A program made the translations under genes and the position numbers. A stretch of DNA of 64,000 nt. It comes from an uncultured Clostridia bacterium (GTDB taxonomy: Bacteria; Bacillota; Clostridia; Christensenellales; Aristaeellaceae). The DNA is taken from the NCBI GenBank assembly GCA_934647165.1, contig CAKUFA010000001.1, positions 80,141 to 144,140 of the forward strand, given 5' to 3'. The notes below the pieces were generated by a model. It had not been told where the DNA came from and did not search any database. It saw only the letters and a program-made list of their open reading frames with translations. Positions 23,211 to 33,979 of the stretch are shown one piece after another (position 1 is the first letter of the stretch; every line of letters starts with the position of its first letter).

Positions 23211-24953
23211 ATGCATCAAATCAAATGGCTGTGGGGCTGCGCGTCCGAAAAGTCGCACAAGCGCATTCTCCTGGCACTCACCATCTCCGCAGTGACCAGT
23301 CTGGTGTTGCTGGTCAATCCGACACTGACGGCCAGGCTGGTGGACGAAGTCATTGTGGCGCAAAATCCGGAACCGCTGCTGGGACTGCTGGCTATCATGC
23401 TGGTGGTCAAGCTGGCGCGGGAAGGGCTGCGCTATCTGATGATTGTTCAGCTGGAAACCGCATCCCAGGACACGGTGTTCACCCTTAGAAGAGAGCTGTT
23501 TACTCGTTTGCAGTATCAGGATACGCGCTTTTTTGACCGTAACCGAACGGGCGATCTGATGACGCGTATGTCTGCCGATTTGGACTGGTGCCGCCATTTT
23601 ATCTCCTACATGGACTATGTGATGGTGGATTCCGTGTTCATGTTCATCGGCGCGCTGACGCTGTTTTTCTGCGTGAGCTGGAAGCTGACGTTGAGCCTTG
23701 TAGTGGTGACGCCGATTCTGATGCTTATCACCAAGCTGTATTCCGGACAGGTGCGGCCGCTTTTCATGGCCATGCGTGAACGGCTGAGCGAAATGAATAC
23801 CGCGGCGCAGGAAAATATTGCGGGCAACCGCGTGGTGAAAGCCTTTGCGCGGGAAGCATTTGAGGAAGAAACCTTCGGCGAGCGCAACGACGCTTTTCGT
23901 GATGCGCAGCTGGCCATCAACAAAAAATGGCTGAGTTTCTATCCGATGATTGAATTCCTGGCCAACGCCATGACGCTGATTACGGTGTTTCTTGGCGGCT
24001 ATTTCATCATTGTGGGGGAAATTACGCCAGGTGAATTGACCATTTTTACGCAGCTGAGCTGGGCGCTGTCCAACCCCATGCGCCAGCTGGGCAATATGAT
24101 TAACGATGTGCAGCGCTTTAACACCTGCGCAACCAAGGTCATGGAGCTGTATTATAAAAAGCCGGATATCAAGGATCGCAAGGACGCTGTGCACCATGAA
24201 AAAATGGCGGGCAGCGTGCGCTTCGATCACGTGTCCTTCGCTTTTGACCGTCAGCAGATTTTGGAGGATGTATCCTTCGACTTGCCAGCAGGCGGTACGC
24301 TTGCAATTATGGGTCCTACAGGGTCAGGTAAGACAACGCTTATCAATTTGCTGGCGCGCTGCTATGATGTGACAGGCGGCAAAATTGAGGTGGACGGCTG
24401 CGATGTACGCGCATGGCGCAAGCAGGAGCTGCGCAAGGGGCTTGGCGTAGCCACGCAGGATGTGTTCCTGTTTTCGGATACGGTGGATGGGAACATTGCC
24501 TTCGGTAACCCGGAAGTGACGGAGGAAGAAGTGCATGAGTTTGCACGCATCGCTGCGGCGGACGAGTTTGTGCAGAAACTTTCTGACGGTTACAATACGC
24601 TGATTGGCGAACGCGGCGTTGGTCTATCCGGCGGTCAAAAGCAGCGCATTGCTCTGGCGCGCGCGCTGGCCATGGAGCCAAGCATCCTCATCATGGACGA
24701 CACGACCTCTGCTCTGGACAGCGAAACCGAGCAGTATATCCAGCAGCAGCTGCGGCATTTGCCTTATGAATGCACGAAGATCATTATCGGCCAGCGCATC
24801 AGTGCGGTGAAAGATGCGGATGAAATCCTGATCCTTGAACATGGACGCATCACCGAGCGCGGAACCCATGAAGAGCTGCTGAAAAAGCATGGCTACTATT
24901 GGCAGACATACTGCCTGCAAAATGACTTGCCGGTACAGGGAGGTGAGGGCTGA
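23211..24953 (+). CDS. ABC exporter, fused permease/ATPase (heterodimer subunit 1)
   Basis: Six transmembrane helices are followed by Walker A GPTGSGKTT, the signature LSGGQKQR and Walker B ILIMDD. Confidence 0.9.
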   Translation: MHQIKWLWGCASEKSHKRILLALTISAVTSLVLLVNPTLTARLVDEVIVAQNPEPLLGLLAIMLVVKLAREGLRYLMIVQLETASQDTVFTLRRELFTRLQYQDTRFFDRNRTGDLMTRMSADLDWCRHFISYMDYVMVDSVFMFIGALTLFFCVSWKLTLSLVVVTPILMLITKLYSGQVRPLFMAMRERLSEMNTAAQENIAGNRVVKAFAREAFEEETFGERNDAFRDAQLAINKKWLSFYPMIEFLANAMTLITVFLGGYFIIVGEITPGELTIFTQLSWALSNPMRQLGNMINDVQRFNTCATKVMELYYKKPDIKDRKDAVHHEKMAGSVRFDHVSFAFDRQQILEDVSFDLPAGGTLAIMGPTGSGKTTLINLLARCYDVTGGKIEVDGCDVRAWRKQELRKGLGVATQDVFLFSDTVDGNIAFGNPEVTEEEVHEFARIAAADEFVQKLSDGYNTLIGERGVGLSGGQKQRIALARALAMEPSILIMDDTTSALDSETEQYIQQQLRHLPYECTKIIIGQRISAVKDADEILILEHGRITERGTHEELLKKHGYYWQTYCLQNDLPVQGGEG

Positions 24954-26740
24954 TGGCACGCAACCGTTTTGACCAGGATGAAACCCTTGAGTCCCCGTTT
25001 GACTGGAAACACCTTAAGCGCGCAGCAGGCTATATCGGGCGGCACAAAGTGCAGATGATTCTGGCACTGACCCTTTCGATTCTCGCTTCCATTGCCACGC
25101 TGTATACGCCGCGCATCATGGAATGGGTGCTGGATGTGGCTGTGCCCAACAAAGACGTGCAGGGACTCATCCATTGGGCAATCATTTTTTCAGTGCTGAT
25201 TCTGGTGAGCATTCTCTTCACGCTTATTCGCAGCCGTATCATGGCGCATGTCAGCCAGGAAATTATTTACGACATTCGCAAGGATTTGTTCCACCACCTG
25301 CAAAAGCTTCCTTTCAGCTATTATGACAGCCGGCCGGCCGGTAAAATCCTTGTGCGTGTTATCAATTACGTCAACTCCGTCAGTGACATTTTGTCCAACG
25401 GCATCATCAACAGCATTCTGGAGATTATCAATATTGCGGTGATCGTTGTATTCATGTTTACCATGAACGCAACGCTGGCCACGGTGATTATTGCCGGGCT
25501 GCCTATCTTTGTGACGATCGTGATGCTTTTAAAACCGAGGCAGCGCAAAGCCTGGCAGATGCAGAGCAACAAAAACAGCAACTACAACGCCTATCTTGCT
25601 GAATCTATTGACGGCGCGCGGCTGAGCCAGCTGTTTGCACGGCAGGAAGAAAATATCTCCATTATGACCCGGTTGGCTGAAGCATGCCGCAAGGCATGGA
25701 TGCGCGCCATCTATGTGTCCAACGCCGTGTGGCTTTCCTCCGAAACCCTGACGCAGATTGTGTTCACCTTCCTGTACGTGGCGGGTGTGTACTGGATGGG
25801 TGGCGAGATAGTATCCTTCGGCGTGATTCTGGCCATGGGTACCTATGTGAGCCGCTTCTGGCAGCCCATCACCAATCTTGCGAACATTTACAACTCCTTT
25901 GTGAACAACATCGCTTATCTGGAGCGAATTTTTGAAACCATAGACGAGCCGGTGGAAGTGGCGGACGCCATTGACGCAACGCCGCTCAAAGCCATCACCG
26001 GTGCGGTGGACTTTGACCATGTGACCTTCGGCTACGAAGAAGGACAGACCGTGCTGGAAGACATCAACCTGCATGTAAAGGCTGGCGAACGCATTGCACT
26101 GGTTGGACCAACAGGCGCAGGCAAATCCACGGTGGTCAACCTGCTGTGCCGTTTCTACAATCTGCGGGGTGGCAAAATAAGCCTGCACTGCGAGGATGGC
26201 ACAGTGGAGGATATTTCACAGGTTACGCTGGAATCGCTCCGAACGCAGCTCGGCATCATGCTGCAGGACAGCTTCATTTTCAGCGGAACAATCATGAGCA
26301 ATATCCGCTATGGCCGGTTGGATGCAACGGATGAAGAGGTTGTTCGGGCGGCGAAGGCCGTTCGGGCTCATGACTTCATTGAGCAGATGCCCCAGCACTA
26401 TGATACCCGGGTAAACGAGCGCGGCAGCGGACTCAGTCAGGGACAAAAGCAGCTGATTGCCTTTGCACGCACGCTTTTGTCCGATCCGAAGATTCTGATC
26501 TTGGATGAGGCGACATCCTCGATTGATACGCAAACGGAGAGATTGTTGCAGCAGGGAATCGAAGTGCTGCTGCAGGGGCGGACAAGCTTCATCATTGCGC
26601 ACCGGCTGTCTACCATCCGCAGCTGTGACCGCATCCTGTATATCGGCAATCACGGCATCTTGGAACAAGGCAATCATGAGGAGCTTATGGCACGCCGCGG
26701 CTATTACTATGATTTGTATACGGCGCAAACGAAGATGTAA
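24953..26740 (+). CDS. ABC exporter, fused permease/ATPase (heterodimer subunit 2)
   Basis: The start overlaps the upstream stop (TGATG). Walker A is GPTGAGKST, the signature is LSQGQKQL and Walker B is ILILDE. Confidence 0.9.
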   Translation: MARNRFDQDETLESPFDWKHLKRAAGYIGRHKVQMILALTLSILASIATLYTPRIMEWVLDVAVPNKDVQGLIHWAIIFSVLILVSILFTLIRSRIMAHVSQEIIYDIRKDLFHHLQKLPFSYYDSRPAGKILVRVINYVNSVSDILSNGIINSILEIINIAVIVVFMFTMNATLATVIIAGLPIFVTIVMLLKPRQRKAWQMQSNKNSNYNAYLAESIDGARLSQLFARQEENISIMTRLAEACRKAWMRAIYVSNAVWLSSETLTQIVFTFLYVAGVYWMGGEIVSFGVILAMGTYVSRFWQPITNLANIYNSFVNNIAYLERIFETIDEPVEVADAIDATPLKAITGAVDFDHVTFGYEEGQTVLEDINLHVKAGERIALVGPTGAGKSTVVNLLCRFYNLRGGKISLHCEDGTVEDISQVTLESLRTQLGIMLQDSFIFSGTIMSNIRYGRLDATDEEVVRAAKAVRAHDFIEQMPQHYDTRVNERGSGLSQGQKQLIAFARTLLSDPKILILDEATSSIDTQTERLLQQGIEVLLQGRTSFIIAHRLSTIRSCDRILYIGNHGILEQGNHEELMARRGYYYDLYTAQTKM

Positions 26741-26750
26741 AGCAAGAATC

Positions 26751-26792
26751 AAAAAGCCGTTGATGGGAGCATGCCTCATCAACGGCTTTTTT
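26751..26792. terminator. bidirectional terminator between the convergent ABC and MATE genes
   Basis: AAAAAGCCGTTGATG-loop-CATCAACGGCTTTTTT has an A-run on one side and a T-run on the other. Confidence 0.7.
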
Positions 26793-26851
26793 CTGTGATG
26801 GAAACGGAATTTGCAAAGTCAGGAGAACGGGATTGTGCTGGCAGACAAACA

Positions 26852-28189
26852 TCAGGCAATATCAAGCTGCGGGTGCTGCAAATGCCAGCGTTGGTAGAGC
26901 AGCACGGCAATGATTGCACCGACAATCCAGCCCACGGGCCACGCCAGCCACACACCTGTGATTCCCCAAATGCCGGAGAAAATCCAGGCCAGCACCACAC
27001 GCAGCACCAGGTCAGACATGGTGGAGATCATAAATGCACCCATCTGCTGCGCACCGCGGAGAATGCCGTCGAAAATGAGCTTGATGGAAATGACCACATA
27101 GAACGGTGTAACAATGCGCAGGAACAGGATGCCAACCTGTGTGGCGGCAGCATCGCCATCGGTGATGAACAGGCCGATGAGTTGGCTGCTGAGCAGCTGG
27201 TATACTGCGGTGAAAGCCAATGCAAAGCAGCCGCCGAGCAGCATGCCCCAGCGGGAGCCGGCGTGCACTCGGTTGTGCATGCCGCCGCCGATGTTCTGCG
27301 CAGCATAGTTGCTCAGGCCGTTGCCGATGGCGGTGATGGAAGTGATGGTCATGTTGTTGAGCTTGACAGCGGCTGCGTAACCGCCCATGGCTGCCGTGCC
27401 GAAGGTATTGATAATACTCTGGATGATGATGTTGCCGACAGAGATGAAGCTCTGCTGCAGTGCACTGGGGATGGCCACATGGAGAATTTTGCGCAGGATG
27501 GGGAAGGAGAAGGCACGGCTGTCGCCATCATGCTTGAGCGTGTGCACTTTGCGCAGCACTGCAACAAGCGCTGCGATACCGCTCAGGCTCTGACAAAGGA
27601 AGGTTGCCCATGCAACACCTGCAACGCCCATGTGGAAGGTTTTGACGAAGAGAATGTCCACAAAAATGTTGCTCACCGAGGAAACGGCAAGGAACCAAAA
27701 GGGCGTTTGGGAATCGCCCAGCGCAGAGAAAATACCGGTGGAAACATTGTACAAAAGCAGGAACACGTATCCCAGCAGGTAGATGTCCAAATACAGCTTG
27801 GAATCGTCAAACACTTCGGCAGGCGTGTTAATCAGCTGCAAAAGCCACGGCGATATCAGCACGCCAACGGCGGTGAGCACCAGCGCGAAAACGGTGGAAA
27901 AGATGACGGCTGTGTGCACGCAGGTGCGCACATCACCATTGCGCTTCTGCCCATAGAAATCCGCCGTGATGACGGATGCGCCGATGTTGCAGCCCATGGC
28001 CAGGGCAATGTAAATCAATGTGATTTCATACGAATTGCCAACGGCCGCCAATGCGCTTGTGCCGATGTAGCGCCCGGCTACAAAGCTGTCGGCAATGTTA
28101 TACAGCTGCTGGAAAATGATGGAGCCGAAAAGCGGCAGCGTGTAGCTCAAAAGCACTTTGCCCGGGTGTCCTGTCGTTAAATCCTTCAT
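26852..28189 (-). CDS. MATE-family efflux transporter
   Basis: The protein is 445 aa and has about 12 transmembrane helices. The N-terminus LLSYTLPLFGSIIFQQLYNIADSFVAGRYIG is the MatE signature region. Confidence 0.9.
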   Translation of the reverse strand: MKDLTTGHPGKVLLSYTLPLFGSIIFQQLYNIADSFVAGRYIGTSALAAVGNSYEITLIYIALAMGCNIGASVITADFYGQKRNGDVRTCVHTAVIFSTVFALVLTAVGVLISPWLLQLINTPAEVFDDSKLYLDIYLLGYVFLLLYNVSTGIFSALGDSQTPFWFLAVSSVSNIFVDILFVKTFHMGVAGVAWATFLCQSLSGIAALVAVLRKVHTLKHDGDSRAFSFPILRKILHVAIPSALQQSFISVGNIIIQSIINTFGTAAMGGYAAAVKLNNMTITSITAIGNGLSNYAAQNIGGGMHNRVHAGSRWGMLLGGCFALAFTAVYQLLSSQLIGLFITDGDAAATQVGILFLRIVTPFYVVISIKLIFDGILRGAQQMGAFMISTMSDLVLRVVLAWIFSGIWGITGVWLAWPVGWIVGAIIAVLLYQRWHLQHPQLDIA

Positions 28190-28234
28190 GTGAAAGAGCC
28201 TCCCTCTTTTTGTCGCACGAGGTGCATTCTAACG

Positions 28235-28272
28235 TTGACAAAGATGAATGTAAAATATATCATTACTATGAT
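28235..28272 (+). promoter_or_regulatory. LysR gene promoter (TTGACA-17-TATCAT) with a small dyad ATCAT-N4-ATGAT over the -10
   Basis: TTGACA is at 28235-28240 and TATCAT at 28258-28263. The dyad lies at 28259-28272. The region is shared with the divergent MATE gene. Confidence 0.45.
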
Positions 28273-28307
28273 ACTGATAACCGTTGGATATAAATGGAGG
28301 GATTGGG

Positions 28308-29198
28308 ATGGAATTGAGCCAGTTGAGGTATTTCATGGCGGTGGCACAGCTGGAGCACATGACCAGAGCGGCGGAACAGCTGCACATTGCGCAGCCTGCG
28401 CTGACCAAAGCCATCCGTAAATTGGAAGGAGAACTGGGCTATGCCCTGGTCGCACGCAAGGGGCGCAACATTGTGCTGACGCCGGCGGGGCACGCGCTGC
28501 GGACTCTGCTGGCAGAGCCGCTGGATCTGCTGGACGCAATACCGGACAAGCTGCGGCGCGTGGCTGAGCAGGAGGATCACACCATTCGGTTGAAGGTGTT
28601 GGCAGCATCCACAGTGGTGACGGCGTGCGTGATCCGCTATCGCAAAGCGCACCCGGAGTGCCAGTTTGACCTGATGCTGGGTGAAAGCGGAGCGGGCGCG
28701 GACGTGGTTGTGGATACCTGCGATTTGCGGGATCGTGTGCATCAGGGGCACATATTCGACGAGCGGGTGATGCTGGCTGTGCCGCGTGAATCACCCCTTG
28801 CGCGGCTGGAAAGCGTGCATTTGGCCAAGGCTCGCGAGGAAACATTCATCACCTTGGCGGGCAACCGAAAATTCAGTGATCTGTGCGCGCTGTGGTGTCG
28901 CCAGGCTGGCTTTACGCCCATCAGGAGCTATGAGGGGGATAGCCCCGCAACTATCCGCAACCTGATTGCACTGGGATGCGGCGTGGGCTTCTGGCCGGAA
29001 AAAACCTGGGGTGACGCGGGAGAAGGCATTGTGACATTGCCGGTGCTCTATCCAAGCTGCGGGCGGCATCTGGTCATCAGCCATGTGGCTGATACAATAC
29101 CGAACCAGGTCACACAGGCTTTTGTGGACACGCTCGTGCAGGACATGCACGAAATGCTGAGCGGCAAATGTGCGAAGCTTTTGTATGATAATGCATGA
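28308..29198 (+). CDS. LysR-family transcriptional regulator
   Basis: MELSQLRYFMAVAQLEHMTRAAEQLHIAQPALTKAIRKLE is the LysR HTH. The ATG at 28308 follows GGAGGG. Confidence 0.9.
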   Translation: MELSQLRYFMAVAQLEHMTRAAEQLHIAQPALTKAIRKLEGELGYALVARKGRNIVLTPAGHALRTLLAEPLDLLDAIPDKLRRVAEQEDHTIRLKVLAASTVVTACVIRYRKAHPECQFDLMLGESGAGADVVVDTCDLRDRVHQGHIFDERVMLAVPRESPLARLESVHLAKAREETFITLAGNRKFSDLCALWCRQAGFTPIRSYEGDSPATIRNLIALGCGVGFWPEKTWGDAGEGIVTLPVLYPSCGRHLVISHVADTIPNQVTQAFVDTLVQDMHEMLSGKCAKLLYDNA

Positions 29199-29282
29199 TG
29201 GGAAAGGGCAGAGTTGCTCAAAAACATGTTTCATTTGGTGATTGACAAGACATGTGCAACATGATACGCTATAAATAGCTGA

Positions 29283-30827
<1,545 letters not shown>

Positions 30828-30835
30828 AAGCAAGC

Positions 30836-30873
30836 AAAAGGCGGACTTCCGAATCGAGGGGAGTCCGCCTTTT
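30836..30873. terminator. bidirectional terminator between convergent genes
   Basis: AAAAGGCGGACT-loop-AGTCCGCCTTTT. Confidence 0.7.
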
Positions 30874-30885
30874 GAATAGTAAAAT

Positions 30886-31605
30886 TCAGTTCACGTAATC
30901 TTCCATGTGGAAGGTGTACAGGTCGGTGCTGGTAGCAGGTGCGTCAAGACCGAGGAGCTCGCTGACGGTGCATAGCACATAGCCGTCTTCCAGCAAGGCA
31001 GGAATCAGCGTTTCCAAGCACTCAACGTCCTTCCAGTTGGTGTGGTAGAGCAGGATGCTGCCGTTCTGCACAGCCTTGCGCGCTTTCTGGGCATTTGTCT
31101 GGCTGACATCCCACAGTACGGCGTGGGCATAACCGGCATAAGCGATGGCGTTGCAAACGCTGGTGCCGTTGGCGCGCTGGGTATTGCCGTAGGGCGGGCG
31201 CATGACGTTCATGGGATAATGATAACCGAGCACGGCGTCCAGCTGCTGCTGTGTGCGCAGAAGCTGGTTGAGAATCTGCCGGTTGTCGCACTTGATGAGA
31301 CTGGCATGCCCATAGGTGTGGTTGCCAATTTCGCAGCCGTGATCGAGCACGGACTGCCAGATCTCGCGATCCTCCTCCCGCAGGGCGGTGCCGACCACAA
31401 AGAAGGTAACCGGTACATCGTACTTTTCGCATAGATCCAGCACGCGGCACAGATTGTTCAGATCATAGCAATCGTCCACCGTGACGGCAATACGGTTCTG
31501 CTCCCGATCGCCGTGATAAACAAGAAAACCGTGCTCAACAGCGGCGGCGCAGGAAAGATGGCACAAAAAAAGCAGGCAACAAAGTGCTGCTGCAATCCGT
31601 TTCAT
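30886..31605 (-). CDS. polysaccharide deacetylase (NodB/CE4) family protein, secreted
   Basis: A signal peptide is present. The motifs are VTVDDCYD, VTFFVVG and GNHTYGHASL. Confidence 0.85.
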   Translation of the reverse strand: MKRIAAALCCLLFLCHLSCAAAVEHGFLVYHGDREQNRIAVTVDDCYDLNNLCRVLDLCEKYDVPVTFFVVGTALREEDREIWQSVLDHGCEIGNHTYGHASLIKCDNRQILNQLLRTQQQLDAVLGYHYPMNVMRPPYGNTQRANGTSVCNAIAYAGYAHAVLWDVSQTNAQKARKAVQNGSILLYHTNWKDVECLETLIPALLEDGYVLCTVSELLGLDAPATSTDLYTFHMEDYVN

Positions 31606-31641
31606 GGGCAGACCCCCGTTTCGTGTGAAAATAAAAAAGAT

Positions 31642-31976
31642 GTGCGAGCGTGACCGTAAGCCGAGTTCTGTCGAGGACGATCATCTATCCAGACCCGGCG
31701 TTGCCGCACGGGTTCAAGCGATGACCGGGACGCGGCGGGCAACCGCATATGTCCCATACGCATCTTGCACCAGGTGGGGTTTACAGCACGGACAAGTCGC
31801 CAAGCCGTGGGTGAGCTCTTACCTCGCCTTTCCATCCTTACCGGGCAATCCCGGCGGTTTCTTTCTGTTGCACTCTCCTTGGAGTCGCCTCCACCGGCCG
31901 TTAGCCGGCACCCTGCCCTGCGGTGCTCGGACTTTCCTCACGCCCTGCGGCGCGCGATCGTCTGGTCACCTCGCAC
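31642..31976 (-). ncRNA. rnpB: RNase P RNA, bacterial type A
   Basis: The minus strand carries GAGGAAAGTCCGAGC (P4 5' strand), GGGCAGGGTGCCGGCTAACGGCC, AGTGCAACAGAAAG, GGTAAGAGCTCACC and ACAGAACTCGGCTTA (P4 3' strand), in the same order as E. coli M1 RNA. P1 pairs GTGCGAGGTGACC with GGTCACGCTCGCAC. Confidence 0.92.
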
Positions 31977-31983
31977 GCATGTC

Positions 31984-32013
31984 ATGATACCACGCTTCGG
32001 GGGGATGTGTCAA
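31984..32013 (-). promoter_or_regulatory. rnpB promoter (TTGACA-18-TATCAT)
   Basis: The minus strand reads TTGACACATCCCCCCGAAGCGTGGTATCAT. The -10 ends 7 nt before the predicted P1 5' end. Confidence 0.55.
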
Positions 32014-32045
32014 TTCTTGAAAGCGGCTTTTTTGCGAAAAGCGCC

Positions 32046-32074
32046 TTGCCGAAGAAGAAAATGTGCTGTATAAT
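32046..32074 (+). promoter_or_regulatory. promoter of the hutP-like gene (TTGCCG-17-TATAAT)
   Basis: TATAAT at 32069-32074 ends only 6-9 nt before the first in-frame TTG/ATG (32081/32084). Confidence 0.45.
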
Positions 32075-32083
32075 CAGTAATTG

Positions 32084-32530
32084 ATGCCTGAAAGACAGGG
32101 GGCGAAAGCATTGACGTCAGGAGAGAGCGACAGCCGCGAGGTTGCGCGGGCAGCGGTGATGATGGCCATGTCCGCCACGCGGCAGGAGGAATGCGAGTGG
32201 AAGGAAAACCTTACAGTGCAGGGGATCCGTGCGGCGGCTGCCGATTACGGCGGAGAGTTTGTGCAGTCTGTGATGCGGATTGTGGAGCGCGCGGTGGTAT
32301 GCGCCAAGCGCGAGGAACTGATTGGCGAAACACACCATGAGGAAGGCGCGGTGGCCGGTGCGGCGAGGGAAGCGCTCAGCCAGGTGACGGGCAAGGCTTT
32401 GGGGCTAAATGTCGGCGGAAAGATCGGCGTCGCACGTCGCGGGGAGCATGTGGCGGTGGCGGTGTTCTTCGGCATTGGGCTGGGGCATCTCAACGAGGTG
32501 TGCATCGGCATGGGGCACAGAACCATTTGA
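32084..32530 (+). CDS. hutP: HutP-family RNA-binding (antiterminator-like) protein; start uncertain
   Basis: GETHHEEGAVAGAAREAL and VAVAVFFGIGLGHLNEVCIGMGHRTI parallel B. subtilis HutP (ESHALYHATMEAL; IAVSLYGTIGAP..GLEHETFGVGINHI). An alternative TTG at 32111 is preceded by AGGGGG. Confidence 0.65.
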   Translation: MPERQGAKALTSGESDSREVARAAVMMAMSATRQEECEWKENLTVQGIRAAAADYGGEFVQSVMRIVERAVVCAKREELIGETHHEEGAVAGAAREALSQVTGKALGLNVGGKIGVARRGEHVAVAVFFGIGLGHLNEVCIGMGHRTI

Positions 32531-32571
32531 GCCCCAACAGGCTGAGAGAATCAATAAAGGAGCGATGAAGG

Positions 32572-33243
32572 ATGCCTTTGAACCTTGCATTGGACGGCCC
32601 CGTGGGTGCAGGTAAGTCCACAGTGGCGGATGCGGTGGCATCGCGCCTTGGCATTTTGCACCTGGACACAGGGGCGATGTACCGCGCAGTGGGGCTGGCG
32701 GCGCTGCGCGCAGGCGTTAACCTGGAAGACGAAGCGCAGGTGGACGCGCTTTGCAAACGCATCAATCTTGATGTGCGCTATGCGGCGGATGGCCAGCATA
32801 CGCTGCTGGATGGCGAAGACGTAACAGGGCTTATCCGCACGGAACGCGTGTCCATGGCGGCGTCCACGGTGGCCCAATATGCGCCGGTGCGCGCGGCAAT
32901 GGTGGCGCTTCAGCAGGCGCTTGCGGCGCGCCAGAATATGCTGCTGGATGGCCGGGATATCGGCACTCGCGTGCTGCCAAATGCCACAGTGAAAATTTAT
33001 CTCACTGCGTCAGCCGAGGCGCGCGCCATGCGCCGGTATGCCGAATTGCAAAAGCGCGGCGTAAAGGCTGACTATGCACAGGTGCTTGCCGACCTTCACA
33101 AACGTGACGAGCAGGATATGAACCGGACGGTGGATCCTCTGCGCGCAGCGGAAGACGCGGTGGTGGTGGACACAACGCATATGACCTTTGATGAGTCGGT
33201 GGAGGCTATTTTGCGGGTTGTGGAGGCGAAAAAGAATGCGTGA
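32572..33243 (+). CDS. cmk: cytidylate kinase
   Basis: LALDGPVGAGKSTVA (P-loop) and LDTGAMYRA. Confidence 0.95.
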   Translation: MPLNLALDGPVGAGKSTVADAVASRLGILHLDTGAMYRAVGLAALRAGVNLEDEAQVDALCKRINLDVRYAADGQHTLLDGEDVTGLIRTERVSMAASTVAQYAPVRAAMVALQQALAARQNMLLDGRDIGTRVLPNATVKIYLTASAEARAMRRYAELQKRGVKADYAQVLADLHKRDEQDMNRTVDPLRAAEDAVVVDTTHMTFDESVEAILRVVEAKKNA

Positions 33244-33889
33244 GGCAGAAAAACAGCAGGAGCAAAAGCCTGAACGGCAGAAGAAATCATTTTTCTATAC
33301 GCTGGCCCGCTTCCTGGCAGCAATCTTTTTCCACACATTGTCGCCGGTGCGCTACCACCACAAGGAACGGCTGCCGGAGAAACCGCCGTATATTCTCATT
33401 TCCAATCATCGCTCTTTCATGGATCCGGTTATCATGGCTTATATAATCAAGAAGTATGACATCACCTTCCTTGGCAAAAAGGAACTGGTGAAGAACAAGA
33501 TTGCAAGCTTTGTGCTGCGCAATATGCACATTATTCCCGTTGACCGCCATGGAACGGACATGATGGCCATGCGTCATTGCATTTCCGCCATCCGCAATGG
33601 GGAAATCCTTGGCATTTTTCCGGAGGGAACGCGGCACCACACAGGGCTGATGGACGAAATCGAAGGCGGTGTGGCCATGATCGCCCTGCGCAGCGGCGCG
33701 CCGCTGGTGCCCATGTATATCACGCCCAAGTATCACATGTTCCATCGGACGCACTGCTATGTGGGCGACCCTATTCCGACGGATGATTTGCGTGCGCAGG
33801 GTGTAAATAAGGATACCTGTCAGGCACTGCTGCAACGAATCACCGCCACATATGCCGACATGGCAAAGGCTGCGGAAAGCGAAAAATGA
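33236..33889 (+). CDS. plsC: 1-acyl-sn-glycerol-3-phosphate acyltransferase
   Basis: The NHRSFMD (HX4D) and FPEGTR motifs are present. The ATG at 33236 overlaps the cmk stop. Confidence 0.85.
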   Translation: MREAEKQQEQKPERQKKSFFYTLARFLAAIFFHTLSPVRYHHKERLPEKPPYILISNHRSFMDPVIMAYIIKKYDITFLGKKELVKNKIASFVLRNMHIIPVDRHGTDMMAMRHCISAIRNGEILGIFPEGTRHHTGLMDEIEGGVAMIALRSGAPLVPMYITPKYHMFHRTHCYVGDPIPTDDLRAQGVNKDTCQALLQRITATYADMAKAAESEK

Positions 33890-33979
33890 AATAATTTGAC
33901 TTTTTTTCAAAGACAAGAAGGAATTTCAAAATCTACGGCGAACGAATAACCAACAGAGCCTTTATGAAAGGAGCTGGCC

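Noticed and set aside
29222-29231. AAACATGTTT palindrome upstream of the arabinofuranosidase gene as an AraR-type operator
   Set aside because: It is only 10 bp long and does not resemble the GntR/AraR or LacI-type arabinose operator consensus I know. That is too weak to call.
31604-32073. ORFs 31604-31987 (+), 31765-32073 (+) and 31602-31835 (-)
   Set aside because: They overlap the RNase P RNA gene and its promoter, and the RNA assignment explains the conservation-type motifs.
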